A stretch of DNA of 64,000 bases, taken from the NCBI GenBank assembly GCA_965216215.1, contig CBDCFO010000007.1:652876-716875 (forward strand). Reading direction: 5' to 3'. Made by a program: the position numbers and the translations under genes. This stretch comes from Bryobacterales bacterium (GTDB lineage: Bacteria; Acidobacteriota; Terriglobia; Bryobacterales; UBA6623). This document shows, in pieces, positions 30,465-40,619 of the stretch. The notes beneath the pieces were generated by a model that saw only the letters and a program-made list of their open reading frames with translations, was not told the DNA's origin and did no database searches. Position 1 is the stretch's first letter. Every line of letters starts with the position of its first letter.

Positions 30465-31451
30465 ATGCCGACGCTAACCCGCCGGGCGATGCTTGCCCAG
30501 TTGGCCACGCTTGGATGCGGGCACACCCCCCAGGAACCTGGCCGCGACGAATCGTCGCCGTCCCCATGGAAACTCGCTATCGGGCTGAATGGATTCGGAT
30601 CGTCCGAGACCCACCACGGCAAGCGGTATGTCTACGACGAGATCCTGGAGTTCGCCCGCGACGAGGGATTCGACGGGATTGAACTGTGGGGCAACTGGCG
30701 CGGCGGATACCCTGATCCCGAAGACGATCCCGCGATTCGGTCGCAACGGGGAAAAATCGAGTCGTACGGGCTCCAAGTGTTCTCGATCCAAGCCGGCGTT
30801 CGCGGCGTGAACCCCGTCTCGGACGAAGCGTCCGAGCGTAGCGAGTACACAGACCGTCTCAAGAGCCAGGTCGACCTCGCAGTCAAGTTCGGTTGCGACG
30901 CGATGGGTCTTTGGTCGGCGGGACGGGTGCCCGAGCGACTCGCCGAGGACCAGCTGATCGAGCGGTTCGCCGACGTCGTCCGGCCCGTCGTCAGCTACGC
31001 GGACGAGCGTGGAATCCTGCTTGCGATCGAGGGGGAACCTCCGCTCCTCATCAATTCGGTCGAGCGCTACCGCAAGCTCTTCGCCGCGGTCGGAATGGAC
31101 GAGTTCAAGGCGATCTTCGACCCCTCGCATTTCGACGTGCTGAACGGGTCGCAGGGCCGCCCAGAGGACCTGCTGCTGGAGCTAGGCGTGGACCGAATCG
31201 GCTATGTCCAGTTCTGCGACGGAGATTCCACGCTGCGCCCGTTCCCGAACGGTCGCGCCGGGACGTCCCGGCACCTGCCCTGCGGGGAAGGCCTCTACGA
31301 CATTCCCAAACTCTGCTCGATCCTCCATGAAGGTGGCTTCCAAGAGTGGTTTCAGATGGACAGCTGGGGTACCGAGGACGCCTACCGGGCTTCCAGGTCC
31401 TGCAAGGACTCGGTGGTGGGCTATCTCCGGAGCGTGGGCGCCTCGACATGA
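30465..31451 (+). CDS. Sugar phosphate isomerase/epimerase, Tat-like leader (possible lipoprotein)
   Basis: LTRRAML...LGC, GFDGIEL, LAIEGEP, FDPSH, VQFCDGD, CGEGLYD; GAGGA RBS. Confidence 0.82.
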   Translation: MPTLTRRAMLAQLATLGCGHTPQEPGRDESSPSPWKLAIGLNGFGSSETHHGKRYVYDEILEFARDEGFDGIELWGNWRGGYPDPEDDPAIRSQRGKIESYGLQVFSIQAGVRGVNPVSDEASERSEYTDRLKSQVDLAVKFGCDAMGLWSAGRVPERLAEDQLIERFADVVRPVVSYADERGILLAIEGEPPLLINSVERYRKLFAAVGMDEFKAIFDPSHFDVLNGSQGRPEDLLLELGVDRIGYVQFCDGDSTLRPFPNGRAGTSRHLPCGEGLYDIPKLCSILHEGGFQEWFQMDSWGTEDAYRASRSCKDSVVGYLRSVGAST

Positions 31452-31560
31452 CCGCAAAGAACGATTGGGCTCAGGCTGGCACGCGGTCAACCGACAGTCG
31501 GCGCCACTCGGACCCAACCTTATCCGATGCTTCGCACTCGATCCGGCTGTAGATGATGAA

Positions 31561-31637
31561 TGGTAGGCCCGAGCGGACTCGAACCGCTGACCTCTACCGT
31601 GTCAAGGTAGCGCTCTAACCTGCTGAGCTACGGGCCT
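31561..31637 (-). tRNA. tRNA-Val (GAC)
   Basis: Reverse complement AGGCCCGTAGCTCAG...CTACC-TTGACAC-GGTAG...GGTTCGAGTCC...CGGGCCTACCA, 77 nt with CCA. Confidence 0.97.
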
Positions 31638-31814
31638 GTGCAGCGGTCAACCCGGCAAGCCGGGCAAAGTAATAGGCAGCGGTCAAGGGTCGAAACTCCC
31701 GTCGCCTTAGCTAAGCTGGATCATAGCACGCCCTAGGCTTTCAGCCAGCGGTCGGATGATCGTTGCTGCCAGGGACTGGGAAATTGATCGGGCCGCCCAC
31801 GCACCGGAGGAACA

Positions 31815-32672
31815 ATGCAACAAGATAAGCACCTCAGCCAACGAGGCCTCACACGGATCCTGTGGATCTTTCTCGCGTTGACTGGCCTGGCGACGGCCGA
31901 AACCATCCCTCCCGACGGGGAAACGGCGTTGGCCGCACTGAACGAGTCGCCTCGCCACGGCGAATGGATCGATATCACGGAGGGACGGTCCGACGCCAGC
32001 CGCTGGGGAGACACCATCCGCGCCTGGGTCGTCTACCCCGAGCGGGCGACCCGCGCACCGGTAGTTGTTGTCATTCACGAAATCTTCGGCCTGACGGACT
32101 GGATTCGAGCGGTAGCCGACCAGCTGGCAGCCGAGGGATTCATTGCGATCGCTCCCGACCTGCTCTCGGGACACGGCCCGGATGGCAGCGGCACCCCTCC
32201 GGACCGCCAGGAAGCCGTCGCGCTCGTGCGGTCCCTCCGCGTGGAAGACGTGACGCGCCGACTGACTGCAGTCGCGCGCCACGGGCTTTCCCTGCCTTCG
32301 GCAAGCGGTCGATTCGGCGCTGTCGGCTTCTGCTGGGGAGGCAGCACGAGCTTCAACTTCGCCGCCAACGAGAAAGACCTGGATGCCGCAGTCGTGTACT
32401 ACGGCAGTTCTCCCTCGAGCAGTCTGTTGAGCAGGGTCCAAGCGCCCGTGCTCGGTCTTTACGGCGGTGACGACGCCCGCGTGAACGCGACGATCCCGGA
32501 TGCAGTGCGCTCCATGCGGCAGATGGGCAAGGCCTACGAACCCCATCAGTTCGAAGGAGCCGGACATGGCTTCCTGCGTCAGCAGTCAGGACGAGAAGGG
32601 GCGAATCTGGCCGCTACACGCGAGGCTTGGCCCAAGACGATCTCGTTCTTCCGTGAACATCTCGAGCGATAG
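31815..32672 (+). CDS. Secreted dienelactone hydrolase-family protein
   Basis: VIHEIFGL, APDLLS, GFCWGG nucleophile, YGGDD, GAGHGF; GGAGG RBS. Confidence 0.92.
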   Translation: MQQDKHLSQRGLTRILWIFLALTGLATAETIPPDGETALAALNESPRHGEWIDITEGRSDASRWGDTIRAWVVYPERATRAPVVVVIHEIFGLTDWIRAVADQLAAEGFIAIAPDLLSGHGPDGSGTPPDRQEAVALVRSLRVEDVTRRLTAVARHGLSLPSASGRFGAVGFCWGGSTSFNFAANEKDLDAAVVYYGSSPSSSLLSRVQAPVLGLYGGDDARVNATIPDAVRSMRQMGKAYEPHQFEGAGHGFLRQQSGREGANLAATREAWPKTISFFREHLER

Positions 32673-32964
32673 TCGGCCAGGACAATTGGACTCGCCCGCT
32701 CGACCGGCCTGCCCAGAGGGCCATACACCTAACGGCCATCGTCGATATCACGCCTGTGGATTGACGGCAAGAGCCTCTTACGGAATTCGCCATGGCGGCC
32801 GTCAGCGATTCCGCAATCACCAGCCGGGCCCTGGACGCGAGCCCGCTAGTGCCCGGCGTGGCATTACAACAGACCCATCCAACGGTGGCGGACTGAGAAA
32901 TGCAGCCGGCGCGGATATGCACCAGCCTCCCGGGCTCGCTATGATGCGTTCGGAATCCCTTGAA

Positions 32965-34203
32965 ATGATCCGGTTCAGCCTGGCCTTGATTCTCTCGACG
33001 ACGTTGAGCGTCGTGGCAGCTCAGTCCCCGCCGTGCCCGGCCGATGCTTTCCTCGATGTGTCTGACGCGCCGGGAGCGGGCCCAGCGTACCCGAAGGCCA
33101 GAGTCGAGGCGAATTGCCAAGGAGACGAGATGGTGGTGCGTTCAAATGGCATCCCCCACTACGAGTTCGTGCAGATCACTCCGAATCCGCTGAAGGAACA
33201 GGACTACGAGTTCCGGATCCCCGCCAAGCCGGCGCTGGCGAGCGAGCCCACGCCGATCTCACTGCTGGGCAGCATCGGGCTCGCGGTCAACGGCGTCGTC
33301 ATCTACGGCCCGAACGAGGGCCCTGTTCCGGAGGAAGAGCAGTTCGGCGATCCAATCTTCAACTCGATTCTGGACACCTGCATGGGGCACACCGCGATGG
33401 AATACCACTACCACGCGTTGGTGCAGAAGTGCTTGAGCGCAGGGATCCGGGACGGCGAGCCGTCTCCGATCCTGGGATTCGGCTTCGACGGGTTCCCGAT
33501 CCGCGGTCCGTGGGGCTGCGCCGACGAGGAATGCACCGCGGTCATCCGCTACCGCAGCAGTTGGGAACAAGTCCGCGAGCCGCACCAAGACTCATGGGAC
33601 GCATACGACTATGTCGAAAAGGAGGGCGCCGAGTATCTCGACGCCTGCAACGGGCACACCGGACCAGCAGGGGACTACCACTACCACGCAACCGAGAGCT
33701 GGCCCTATATTCTGGGGTGCTTCTCCGGCACCGCAGTCGGGCCCAACCGCGGACCCCGTCCTCCGGCGGTGAGTCAGGCCAGGCCGAGCCCGCGCGGCCC
33801 GGCGCAAGGGGCAAGAGACCGGGCCGCGCCGCCGGGACCTGGGCGCCGAGGTCCACGGGCCGGGCCGGGCCGGCCGACGGCAGGTGAGGTCGAGGCAGCG
33901 GCGCAGGAACTGGGCAAGGATGCAGCGGCGGTTGCCAAGGCGCTCAGGGCCGACCCAGGCAATATCAAGCCAAGCAACCTGGCAGCCTCGGCTCGCACCC
34001 TGGCAGTGGAGCCTGCTCGGCTCATGGAGGCGCTCGGAAGGCCGGACAGACCGCGACGTCCCCGCCAGAACCAAGCTCCACCGGGCGAGCCGGAGTGTTT
34101 CTTCCGGTGCGGCCAAAGTGACGAGGATGCGGTCGGCTGCACGCTGACGCCCGATCACAAGGTCCTCTGCTTCCGTCCTTGCGACGACAACAAGTGCGGC
34201 TAG
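32965..34203 (+). CDS. Secreted YHYH-domain protein with Pro/Gly/Arg linker, helical repeats and a Cys-rich C-terminal tail
   Basis: SNGIPHY, IGLAVNGV, CMGH...YHYH, GFDGFPIRGP, LDACNGH.....YHYH. Confidence 0.88.
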   Translation: MIRFSLALILSTTLSVVAAQSPPCPADAFLDVSDAPGAGPAYPKARVEANCQGDEMVVRSNGIPHYEFVQITPNPLKEQDYEFRIPAKPALASEPTPISLLGSIGLAVNGVVIYGPNEGPVPEEEQFGDPIFNSILDTCMGHTAMEYHYHALVQKCLSAGIRDGEPSPILGFGFDGFPIRGPWGCADEECTAVIRYRSSWEQVREPHQDSWDAYDYVEKEGAEYLDACNGHTGPAGDYHYHATESWPYILGCFSGTAVGPNRGPRPPAVSQARPSPRGPAQGARDRAAPPGPGRRGPRAGPGRPTAGEVEAAAQELGKDAAAVAKALRADPGNIKPSNLAASARTLAVEPARLMEALGRPDRPRRPRQNQAPPGEPECFFRCGQSDEDAVGCTLTPDHKVLCFRPCDDNKCG

Positions 34204-34208
34204 CTCGA

Positions 34209-35342
34209 ATGCGGGCGTTTCGCCCGCCGTTGCTGGCGCTGGCGCTGGTGGCGGCGATCGCGGCATGGCCGCAAGACTCCCCGCTGCCGGCGGTTGACCA
34301 TTCCCAACACCCGGTGATCGACGTTCCGGCAGGTGAACCGGTCCCCGCGATGGAGGTCCGGCTTGTGCCGGACCGGATGGACGGGTTCAACATCGTCCTG
34401 ACGACCCAGAACTTCCGATTCACGCCCCAGGACGTCGGTGGCCCGGCCGTTCCCAACGAAGGACATGCGCACCTCTATGTCAACGGCGAGAAGGCCGCTC
34501 GCCTGTATTCGCCGTGGCACCACATCCCTGCCAAACTCCTGCGCGAGGGGATCAATCGCCTCGAAATCGAGTTCAGCGCCAACGACCATTCCGTATGGGG
34601 AGTGTCCGGCGATCCGATTGGAGCCGACGTCCTGATCGACACGCGCGACAGCGACGGCGACCCGATTGTCCGCGAGGAAGTCCGCTACACGCTCGGCTGG
34701 GACTGGGAACGTGCCAAGCGTTCCGAGGGTGGCGGATGGGAAGTCCAGACGGACCTCGGATACCTAGTCCACGTCACATCCGGCCGGCTCGTGACCCGCA
34801 ACTTGGAACTGGTGCCTTGCCACGCGCTGCCCCCGGAACCCCCGAACGCGGCCTGGCTGAGGTGGATCAAGCCGCAACCAGTCCTCGCCGGGCACAGCAG
34901 CATGGTGCCGAACGAATCGAAGATCTCAAGGTCGTACGAAGAGGACCTTGCCAATCCTGGGACGACATTCATCGAGAGCCGCATCGTCACCGATCCGGAG
35001 TATTGCAAGGCCCACTACCTCATCGCGCGGCCAACTGGATCGGGCCCGGGAACGCCTGCGCTGGAAGTTTCGGGCACATGGAAGCGAACGGGAGCGTCAG
35101 GCGAGACTGCGTTTCGAATTCGATCGTCGGCAGCCTACGGGCAGTTCCTCGACCTCTCGTCGGCTACCGGTGACCGGCTAGTTCGTCGCGCAATCGTCGG
35201 AGGCATCAACATGACCTTGCAACGCTCGCTCGGATCCATGTTTGACGGGTTTGACTTCAAGTCCGCACCACCCGGTGCGTCCGATAGCCGACTCGTCCGG
35301 AGGCTCGTGGCAGGAACGGTAGCCTTGGTCGAAGACGGCTGA
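34209..35342 (+). CDS. Secreted hypothetical protein with His-motif (EGHAHLYVNG...NDH) putative metal-binding domain plus an unknown C-terminal domain
   Basis: Signal peptide; NFRFTP, EGHAHLYVNGEK.ARLY, ANDH; starts 5 nt after the YHYH stop. Confidence 0.7.
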   Translation: MRAFRPPLLALALVAAIAAWPQDSPLPAVDHSQHPVIDVPAGEPVPAMEVRLVPDRMDGFNIVLTTQNFRFTPQDVGGPAVPNEGHAHLYVNGEKAARLYSPWHHIPAKLLREGINRLEIEFSANDHSVWGVSGDPIGADVLIDTRDSDGDPIVREEVRYTLGWDWERAKRSEGGGWEVQTDLGYLVHVTSGRLVTRNLELVPCHALPPEPPNAAWLRWIKPQPVLAGHSSMVPNESKISRSYEEDLANPGTTFIESRIVTDPEYCKAHYLIARPTGSGPGTPALEVSGTWKRTGASGETAFRIRSSAAYGQFLDLSSATGDRLVRRAIVGGINMTLQRSLGSMFDGFDFKSAPPGASDSRLVRRLVAGTVALVEDG

Positions 35343-35834
35343 GCGATGGCTTGATCGAGGCACGGTTCAATGGGCATTTCGCACGCCGGTAACTGATCTG
35401 CAAGACTGCGAGGCGCGTCGCGATCCGCCGGCCCGAAGCAGCGGCGGATCATCGCGCCGAAACGGCATCTGTTACCCGAGAGCGCAGCGTTCAGCTGTCT
35501 TGGTGACAAATCTAGGTAAATCATTGGTCGAATGGCATTTCGAATCGTGCTTCGATTGTCCTACCAGCGCTCCACTGCTAGACTCTGGTTGCGGATGCGA
35601 GAGCTTCTGTTGGTGGGACTGCTGCTGGCGGCGATTCCGATTGCCGGACAGACATCTGCAGAGGTGGTGGAAGATCCCGGACTGATCATCACCTCCGAGT
35701 CCAGCCTTGTGATCGTGCCGTTGCATGTGTACAAGGGCAAGAAGTCTGTCGGGGGGCTCGGCAAGGAAGCATTCGAATTGCTCGAGAACGGAGTGGCAAA
35801 GGACATTGCGTTTGTCGAAGGCCCCGGGAGCGGC

Positions 35835-38315
35835 CAATGGCATTCGGTAGCCTGTTGCGCGGGTGGAAGCCCCGAGCGAGTAATGTAAGTTGCGGATTCC
35901 AAGGATGTTGACATCCCGGCAAACTTTTTCCGCGCAAGGGCTTGACTTTTTCGCCCGAATCTGCCAGCTTAGTTTCGGATGACTCCTAGCCCCGCCATCG
36001 ACCCCCGCATCCAGAACCTGAAATCGACCACCTTCCTCGGCAAGCGCCTCACCCGCCGCCAGATCGCCGACATCCAGGAAACCGTCGGCCGCTTCCCCCA
36101 ACTCAGCCGCGCCGAACTCGGCCACACCATCTGCGAGCATCTCGGCTGGCACGCGCCCAACGGCAACAACAGCATCCAGCTGGCCCTCCGCGTGCTCGAG
36201 ACCCTCGAGCAACTCGAGATCCTCACCCTGCCACCCAAGCGGCACCGCGGGCGCGGCCCGCAGAGGCCCGTCGGGACTGCGGCCCGCTCGGATCCCCAGC
36301 CGCCGGTTGCGGAGCCGCTGGCTGCGCTGCGGCCGCTGCGGCTGGAACTGGCCGAGAACCCGGAAACGGTCGCGGAGTGGAACGAGTGGGTCCAGCGCCA
36401 CCACTACCTCGGCTACCGCCAGCCATTCGGCGCGCACCTGCGCTATTTCCTGCGCGACTGCCAGGGGCGCCTGCTGGGCTGCCTGCTGTTCGACTTCGCG
36501 GCCCGCGACCTGGCCTGCCGGGACCGGCGCATCGGCTGGCAGGGCCAAGCGCACCGCAAGCACCTGCGGCTGGTGGTGCGGAACTCGAGATTCTTGCTGT
36601 TTCCCTGGGTGCAGGTAAAGAATCTGGCCTCGCATGCGCTGGGGCTGGCGCTGCGGCAGCTGCCCGGGGACTGGCGGCGGAAGCATGGCTACCGGCCGGC
36701 GTTGGTCGAATCGTATGTGGACCCGGAGCGGCACCGGGGGACCTGCTACCAGGCGTCGAATTGGGAGCGGGTGGGGCAGACGCGCGGCCGCAAGGCGAAG
36801 GGCGACCAGCCGGCCAAATCGCCGAAGGACGTGTACATCCACCCGCTGCGGCCGGACTGGCAGCGGGTGCTGGCCGGGGGCCCGGCGGGCGTGTCCCGGC
36901 CGCGTCCGGCGCAGCCGCAGCCACGGTCGCAACCGGACGAGCGCTTCACTGCCCTGTGGCAGGAGATCCTGGCGGCGGTGGTGCCGGTGGCGCACGAGCA
37001 CGACGCGGCCTGGATGCAGCGGCAGCGGGTGCTCAACACCCTGCTGGTGGTGCTGTTCGTCTTCCGCCTGGTATTCGCGCCCAAGCGCCAGGGATATGCC
37101 CTGACCTTGCGCGATCTGTGGGCGCAGTGCCGTGCTCTGGACATCCCCCTGCCCAAGCCCGAACCCGTCTCGCAGGCCGCGATGCACGCTGCCCGCCGCA
37201 AGGTCCATGACGAAGTGTTCTTCCGCATCCACCGCGAGATCCTGCGCCACGCACCCCCCGACGAGCCCCGCACGCTGTGGTACGGCCACCGCACCTTCGC
37301 CGTCGACGGCTCCAAGCTCAACCTGCCGCAACCCCTGCTCGAGAACGGCTACCGCCGCCCCTCCGACGGCGCGCACTACCCCCAGGGCCTGCTCAGCTGC
37401 CTGTTCCGTCTGCGCTCCCGCCTGCCGGTCGACTTCGAACTCGCCCCCCACGGCGACGAGCGCCGCCTGGCCCTGGCCCACTTGCCCGCCCTCGCCCCCT
37501 CCGATGTCGTCGTCTACGACCGCGGCTACTACTGCTTCCGCCTGCTGCACACCCACCGCGACCGCGGCCTGCACGCCGTCTTCCGCCTCAAGTCCAACGC
37601 CAACTCGGTCTGCGAGCAGTTCCGCCGCTCCGGCCGCCGCGACGGCATCGTCACCATCGCGCCCTCCGACACGGCCCGCGAGCAACAGCCCGAGACCGGC
37701 TGGCGGCCCTGCCGCGTCCGCCTGGTCCGCTACACCGCCGGCGACACCGACTACCTGCTGGCCACCACCCTGCTCGACAGCCGCCGCTACCCCGTCCGCG
37801 CCCTCGCGGACCTCTACCATGCGCGCTGGGGCGTGGAAGAACTGTACAAGATCAGCAAACAATACCTGCAAGTCGAGCGCTTCCACGGCCAGAGCGAGCG
37901 CCTGGTCCGCCAGGAGCTCAGCGCCCATTTCAGCCTGATCGCGATGACCCGCCTGTTCACCAACCAGTCCGAGGCCGGCTTCCGCTCCGAGGCGGGCAAG
38001 CAGCCCCAGCAGGCGAACTTCCGCAACGGACTGCGCACCGTCGGCCGCCACCTGGAGGGCCTGCTCCTGACCTACGCGACCACGCTCAGCGAGACGGTCT
38101 CCACCATCCTTGCCAGCATCGCCGGCTGCCGCCAGCGGAAGCGTCCGAACCGCTCCTATCCGCGCGTCTCGCACAAGCCCGTCAACAAATGGAGGTCCCG
38201 CAAGTCCGCTCCGGCCCCGCTCTCAGCCTGACGCCTCGAAAATCCCGTGCTTCAGCGCCGGAAATCCCCATTCCCCCTTAACCGAACGCCATTATTCCTT
38301 AAACGAATGCCATTG
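35835..38315 (+). mobile_element. IS4-family element (2481 bp) encoding a DUF4338-transposase fusion
   Basis: 12-bp perfect TIR CAATGGCATTCG/CGAATGCCATTG; 10-bp TSD CGGGAGCGGC at 35825-35834 and 38316-38325. Confidence 0.95.
35979..38231 (+). CDS. wHTH + DUF4338 (DruA-like) domain fused to IS4-family DDE transposase, 750 aa
   Basis: HHYLGY, RDRRIGW, NSRFLLFPWV.VKNLASH.L, ESYVDPERHRGTCYQASNW..VGQTRG; then FAVDGSK, VYDRGY, YHARWGVEELYKISK. Confidence 0.88.
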   Translation: MTPSPAIDPRIQNLKSTTFLGKRLTRRQIADIQETVGRFPQLSRAELGHTICEHLGWHAPNGNNSIQLALRVLETLEQLEILTLPPKRHRGRGPQRPVGTAARSDPQPPVAEPLAALRPLRLELAENPETVAEWNEWVQRHHYLGYRQPFGAHLRYFLRDCQGRLLGCLLFDFAARDLACRDRRIGWQGQAHRKHLRLVVRNSRFLLFPWVQVKNLASHALGLALRQLPGDWRRKHGYRPALVESYVDPERHRGTCYQASNWERVGQTRGRKAKGDQPAKSPKDVYIHPLRPDWQRVLAGGPAGVSRPRPAQPQPRSQPDERFTALWQEILAAVVPVAHEHDAAWMQRQRVLNTLLVVLFVFRLVFAPKRQGYALTLRDLWAQCRALDIPLPKPEPVSQAAMHAARRKVHDEVFFRIHREILRHAPPDEPRTLWYGHRTFAVDGSKLNLPQPLLENGYRRPSDGAHYPQGLLSCLFRLRSRLPVDFELAPHGDERRLALAHLPALAPSDVVVYDRGYYCFRLLHTHRDRGLHAVFRLKSNANSVCEQFRRSGRRDGIVTIAPSDTAREQQPETGWRPCRVRLVRYTAGDTDYLLATTLLDSRRYPVRALADLYHARWGVEELYKISKQYLQVERFHGQSERLVRQELSAHFSLIAMTRLFTNQSEAGFRSEAGKQPQQANFRNGLRTVGRHLEGLLLTYATTLSETVSTILASIAGCRQRKRPNRSYPRVSHKPVNKWRSRKSAPAPLSA

Positions 38316-39503
38316 CGGGAGCGGCCGAACCGTTCCCGTCGAGATCATCTTGCTCATGGACATCAGCCACAGCGTGATGAAACCCGGGCTGCTCGCGATC
38401 CACGCGATTCGCAACACCTTTCTCAAGGGAGGCCTGCGGGAAGACGTCAATATTTCGGTCTACGGATTCGCGGGCAAGCTCACGCGCTTCACTGGACCGA
38501 CTCGGAACACCACCAGAATCGAGAATGCGTTCAAAATGGCATACGCTGCCGAGGATGGTCAGACCCGCGTGTTCGAGGCGATGATCGAAACCTTGCGCGA
38601 CGGGACGAACCGAGGTGGAAGCGCCTCCAGAATGCTGGTCGTGTTTTCGGACGGCCTGAGCACAACGCAGCTCGACCCGGTCTGGGTAGCGCGGGCGGCG
38701 AATCTTCTCGGAGTCCCCATCTATCCAGTGGTGCTCGGCCACAGGACGGCCGGAAATAGCCAGGGGCGCAAGAACGCCAACATCCAAAGCCAGCTGAGCA
38801 CGGGCAGGCGCGGCAAAACCCGCACGAAAACACAGGACGACTTCATCAATCCTCGGAGGCGCAACAACGGGACTGGCAAGCCGACGGTCGGCAATAAAAA
38901 CTCGCAAAATCGCTCATCGCGACTAAAGGACAGAGAGCTCAGTCAATTGAAATTCGCGGATCTCGGACAGCAGACCGGCGGTCGAAGCTTCGACCTCAAG
39001 ATCCCCAGCGGCATGGCGATTCGGAGCATCCTGGAAGCTATCTCAACCCTAGCACAGTCCGAGTACATCGTGGGCTACTATCCGAGCAGTCTGGGCGGCG
39101 AGCCAACCGAGCGCGAGATCGAGGTGCGATTGAATGCGAAGGGCAACGGCAAGCTGTATGGCGGAAGACGGACGATCGTTCACTGAGGGGGTGTGAATTC
39201 CGAGATCGGAATTCAGTCACGATCACAGAATCCGGAACGACGAGATCTCCGGGCGTATAGCGGGAACGCGGCGGCAGCCAACGCGCGCGGCCTGCCTGCA
39301 CGGGATATCCACGCTCTCGTGCGTGGCAAGGCATGCTTGGCCCGGTTTGGTCGACACTCCGGGCTTGGTGCAGGGGACCGAACATGCAGGTCTCGGGTCT
39401 CAGCAGCGCTGTAACGAACGAGACTGGGATCACTACAAAGACACTGGCTTGACATGTATTTGACTGGCATGACGGTTGATTCGCTGCTAGACTCTGACTG
39501 CCC

Positions 39504-40619
39504 ATGTACGCGTGGCTATTAGCAGGGCTCTTGCTGGCAGCGATACCGGCCGCCGGCCAGACCTCGGATGGGGTGGAGGAAGATCCCGGACTCATCATTA
39601 CCACCGAGTCCAGCTTGGTGATCGTGCCGCTGCATGTGTACAAGGGCAAGAAACCGGTCGAAGGCCTCGGTAAGGAAGCGTTCGAACTGCTAGAGAACGG
39701 TGCAGTTCAGAACATTGCGTTTGCGGAGGGTCCCGGGAGCGGCCGAACTGTTCCCGTCGAGATCATCTTGCTCATGGACATCAGCCACAGCGTGATGAAA
39801 CCCGGGCTGCTCACGATCCAAGCGATTCGCAATACCTTTCTCAAGGGAGGGCTCAGGGACGACGTCAATATTTCGGTCTACGGATTCGCGGCCAAGCTCA
39901 CGCGCTTTACGGGACCGACTCGGAACACCGCCAGAATCGAGAATGCGTTCAAAATGGCGTACGCTGCCGAGGATGGTCATACCCGCGTGTTCGAGGCGAT
40001 GATCCAAGCCATGCGCGACGCGACGAGCCAGGGAAGCAATGCGTCCAGGATGCTGGTGGTGTTCTCGGACGGGCTGAGCACAACGCAGCTTGAGCCAGTG
40101 TGGGTCGCTCGCGCGGCAAATCTGCTCGGGATGCCCATCTATCCGGTGGTGCTGGGGCACAAGGTGCCCGGGAACCAACAGCGCAAAGTGAACCTGAACA
40201 ACATCGGCCGGTTGCAAACCAAGGATAGCGGCAACGTACGCAAGAAAGACCAAACGATCAACTTCGATCCACGGAAGAACGGACGCTACACTCCACCGGC
40301 ACCAACCGGTGGCAACAACCAAGGCGGGGCAGGCAACACGCAACGCGCGGCACGAGCAAGAGATCGAGAAACCAGTCAGTTGAAGTTCGCGGAACTCGGG
40401 GAGCAGACCGGCGGCCGAAGCTTCGACCTGAAGACCCCTAGCGGTATCGCAATCCGGAGCATCCTGTCATCGATTTCAACTCTGACCCAATCCGAGTACA
40501 TCGTGGGCTACTATCCAAGCAGTCTGGGCGATGAGCCTAGCGAGCGCAATATCGAGGTCCGGCTGAAAGCCAAGGGCGTCGGTAAGCTCTACGGTGGACG
40601 AAGGACCCTCGTTCACTAG
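39504..40619 (+). CDS. Secreted VWA-domain protein, paralog 2
   Basis: Signal peptide, LVIVPLHV, MIDAS DISHS, FSDGLST, QTGGRSF, EYIVGYYP. Confidence 0.9.
   Translation: MYAWLLAGLLLAAIPAAGQTSDGVEEDPGLIITTESSLVIVPLHVYKGKKPVEGLGKEAFELLENGAVQNIAFAEGPGSGRTVPVEIILLMDISHSVMKPGLLTIQAIRNTFLKGGLRDDVNISVYGFAAKLTRFTGPTRNTARIENAFKMAYAAEDGHTRVFEAMIQAMRDATSQGSNASRMLVVFSDGLSTTQLEPVWVARAANLLGMPIYPVVLGHKVPGNQQRKVNLNNIGRLQTKDSGNVRKKDQTINFDPRKNGRYTPPAPTGGNNQGGAGNTQRAARARDRETSQLKFAELGEQTGGRSFDLKTPSGIAIRSILSSISTLTQSEYIVGYYPSSLGDEPSERNIEVRLKAKGVGKLYGGRRTLVH

Larger units (their letters stand above)
35595..39186 (+). pseudogene. VWA-domain paralog 1, interrupted by IS (parts 35595-35834 and 38326-39186)
   Basis: Removing the IS and one TSD restores ...AFVEGPGSG|RTVPVEIILLMDISHS..., collinear with the intact paralog at 39504. 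Confidence 0.93.

Noticed and set aside
35472-38174. 900-aa minus-strand ORF over the DUF4338-IS (likewise 49950-51680 and 20688-21575)
   Set aside because: Antisense shadow ORFs of high-GC3 genes. The two long ones cross or ignore element and gene boundaries, and none has recognisable motifs.
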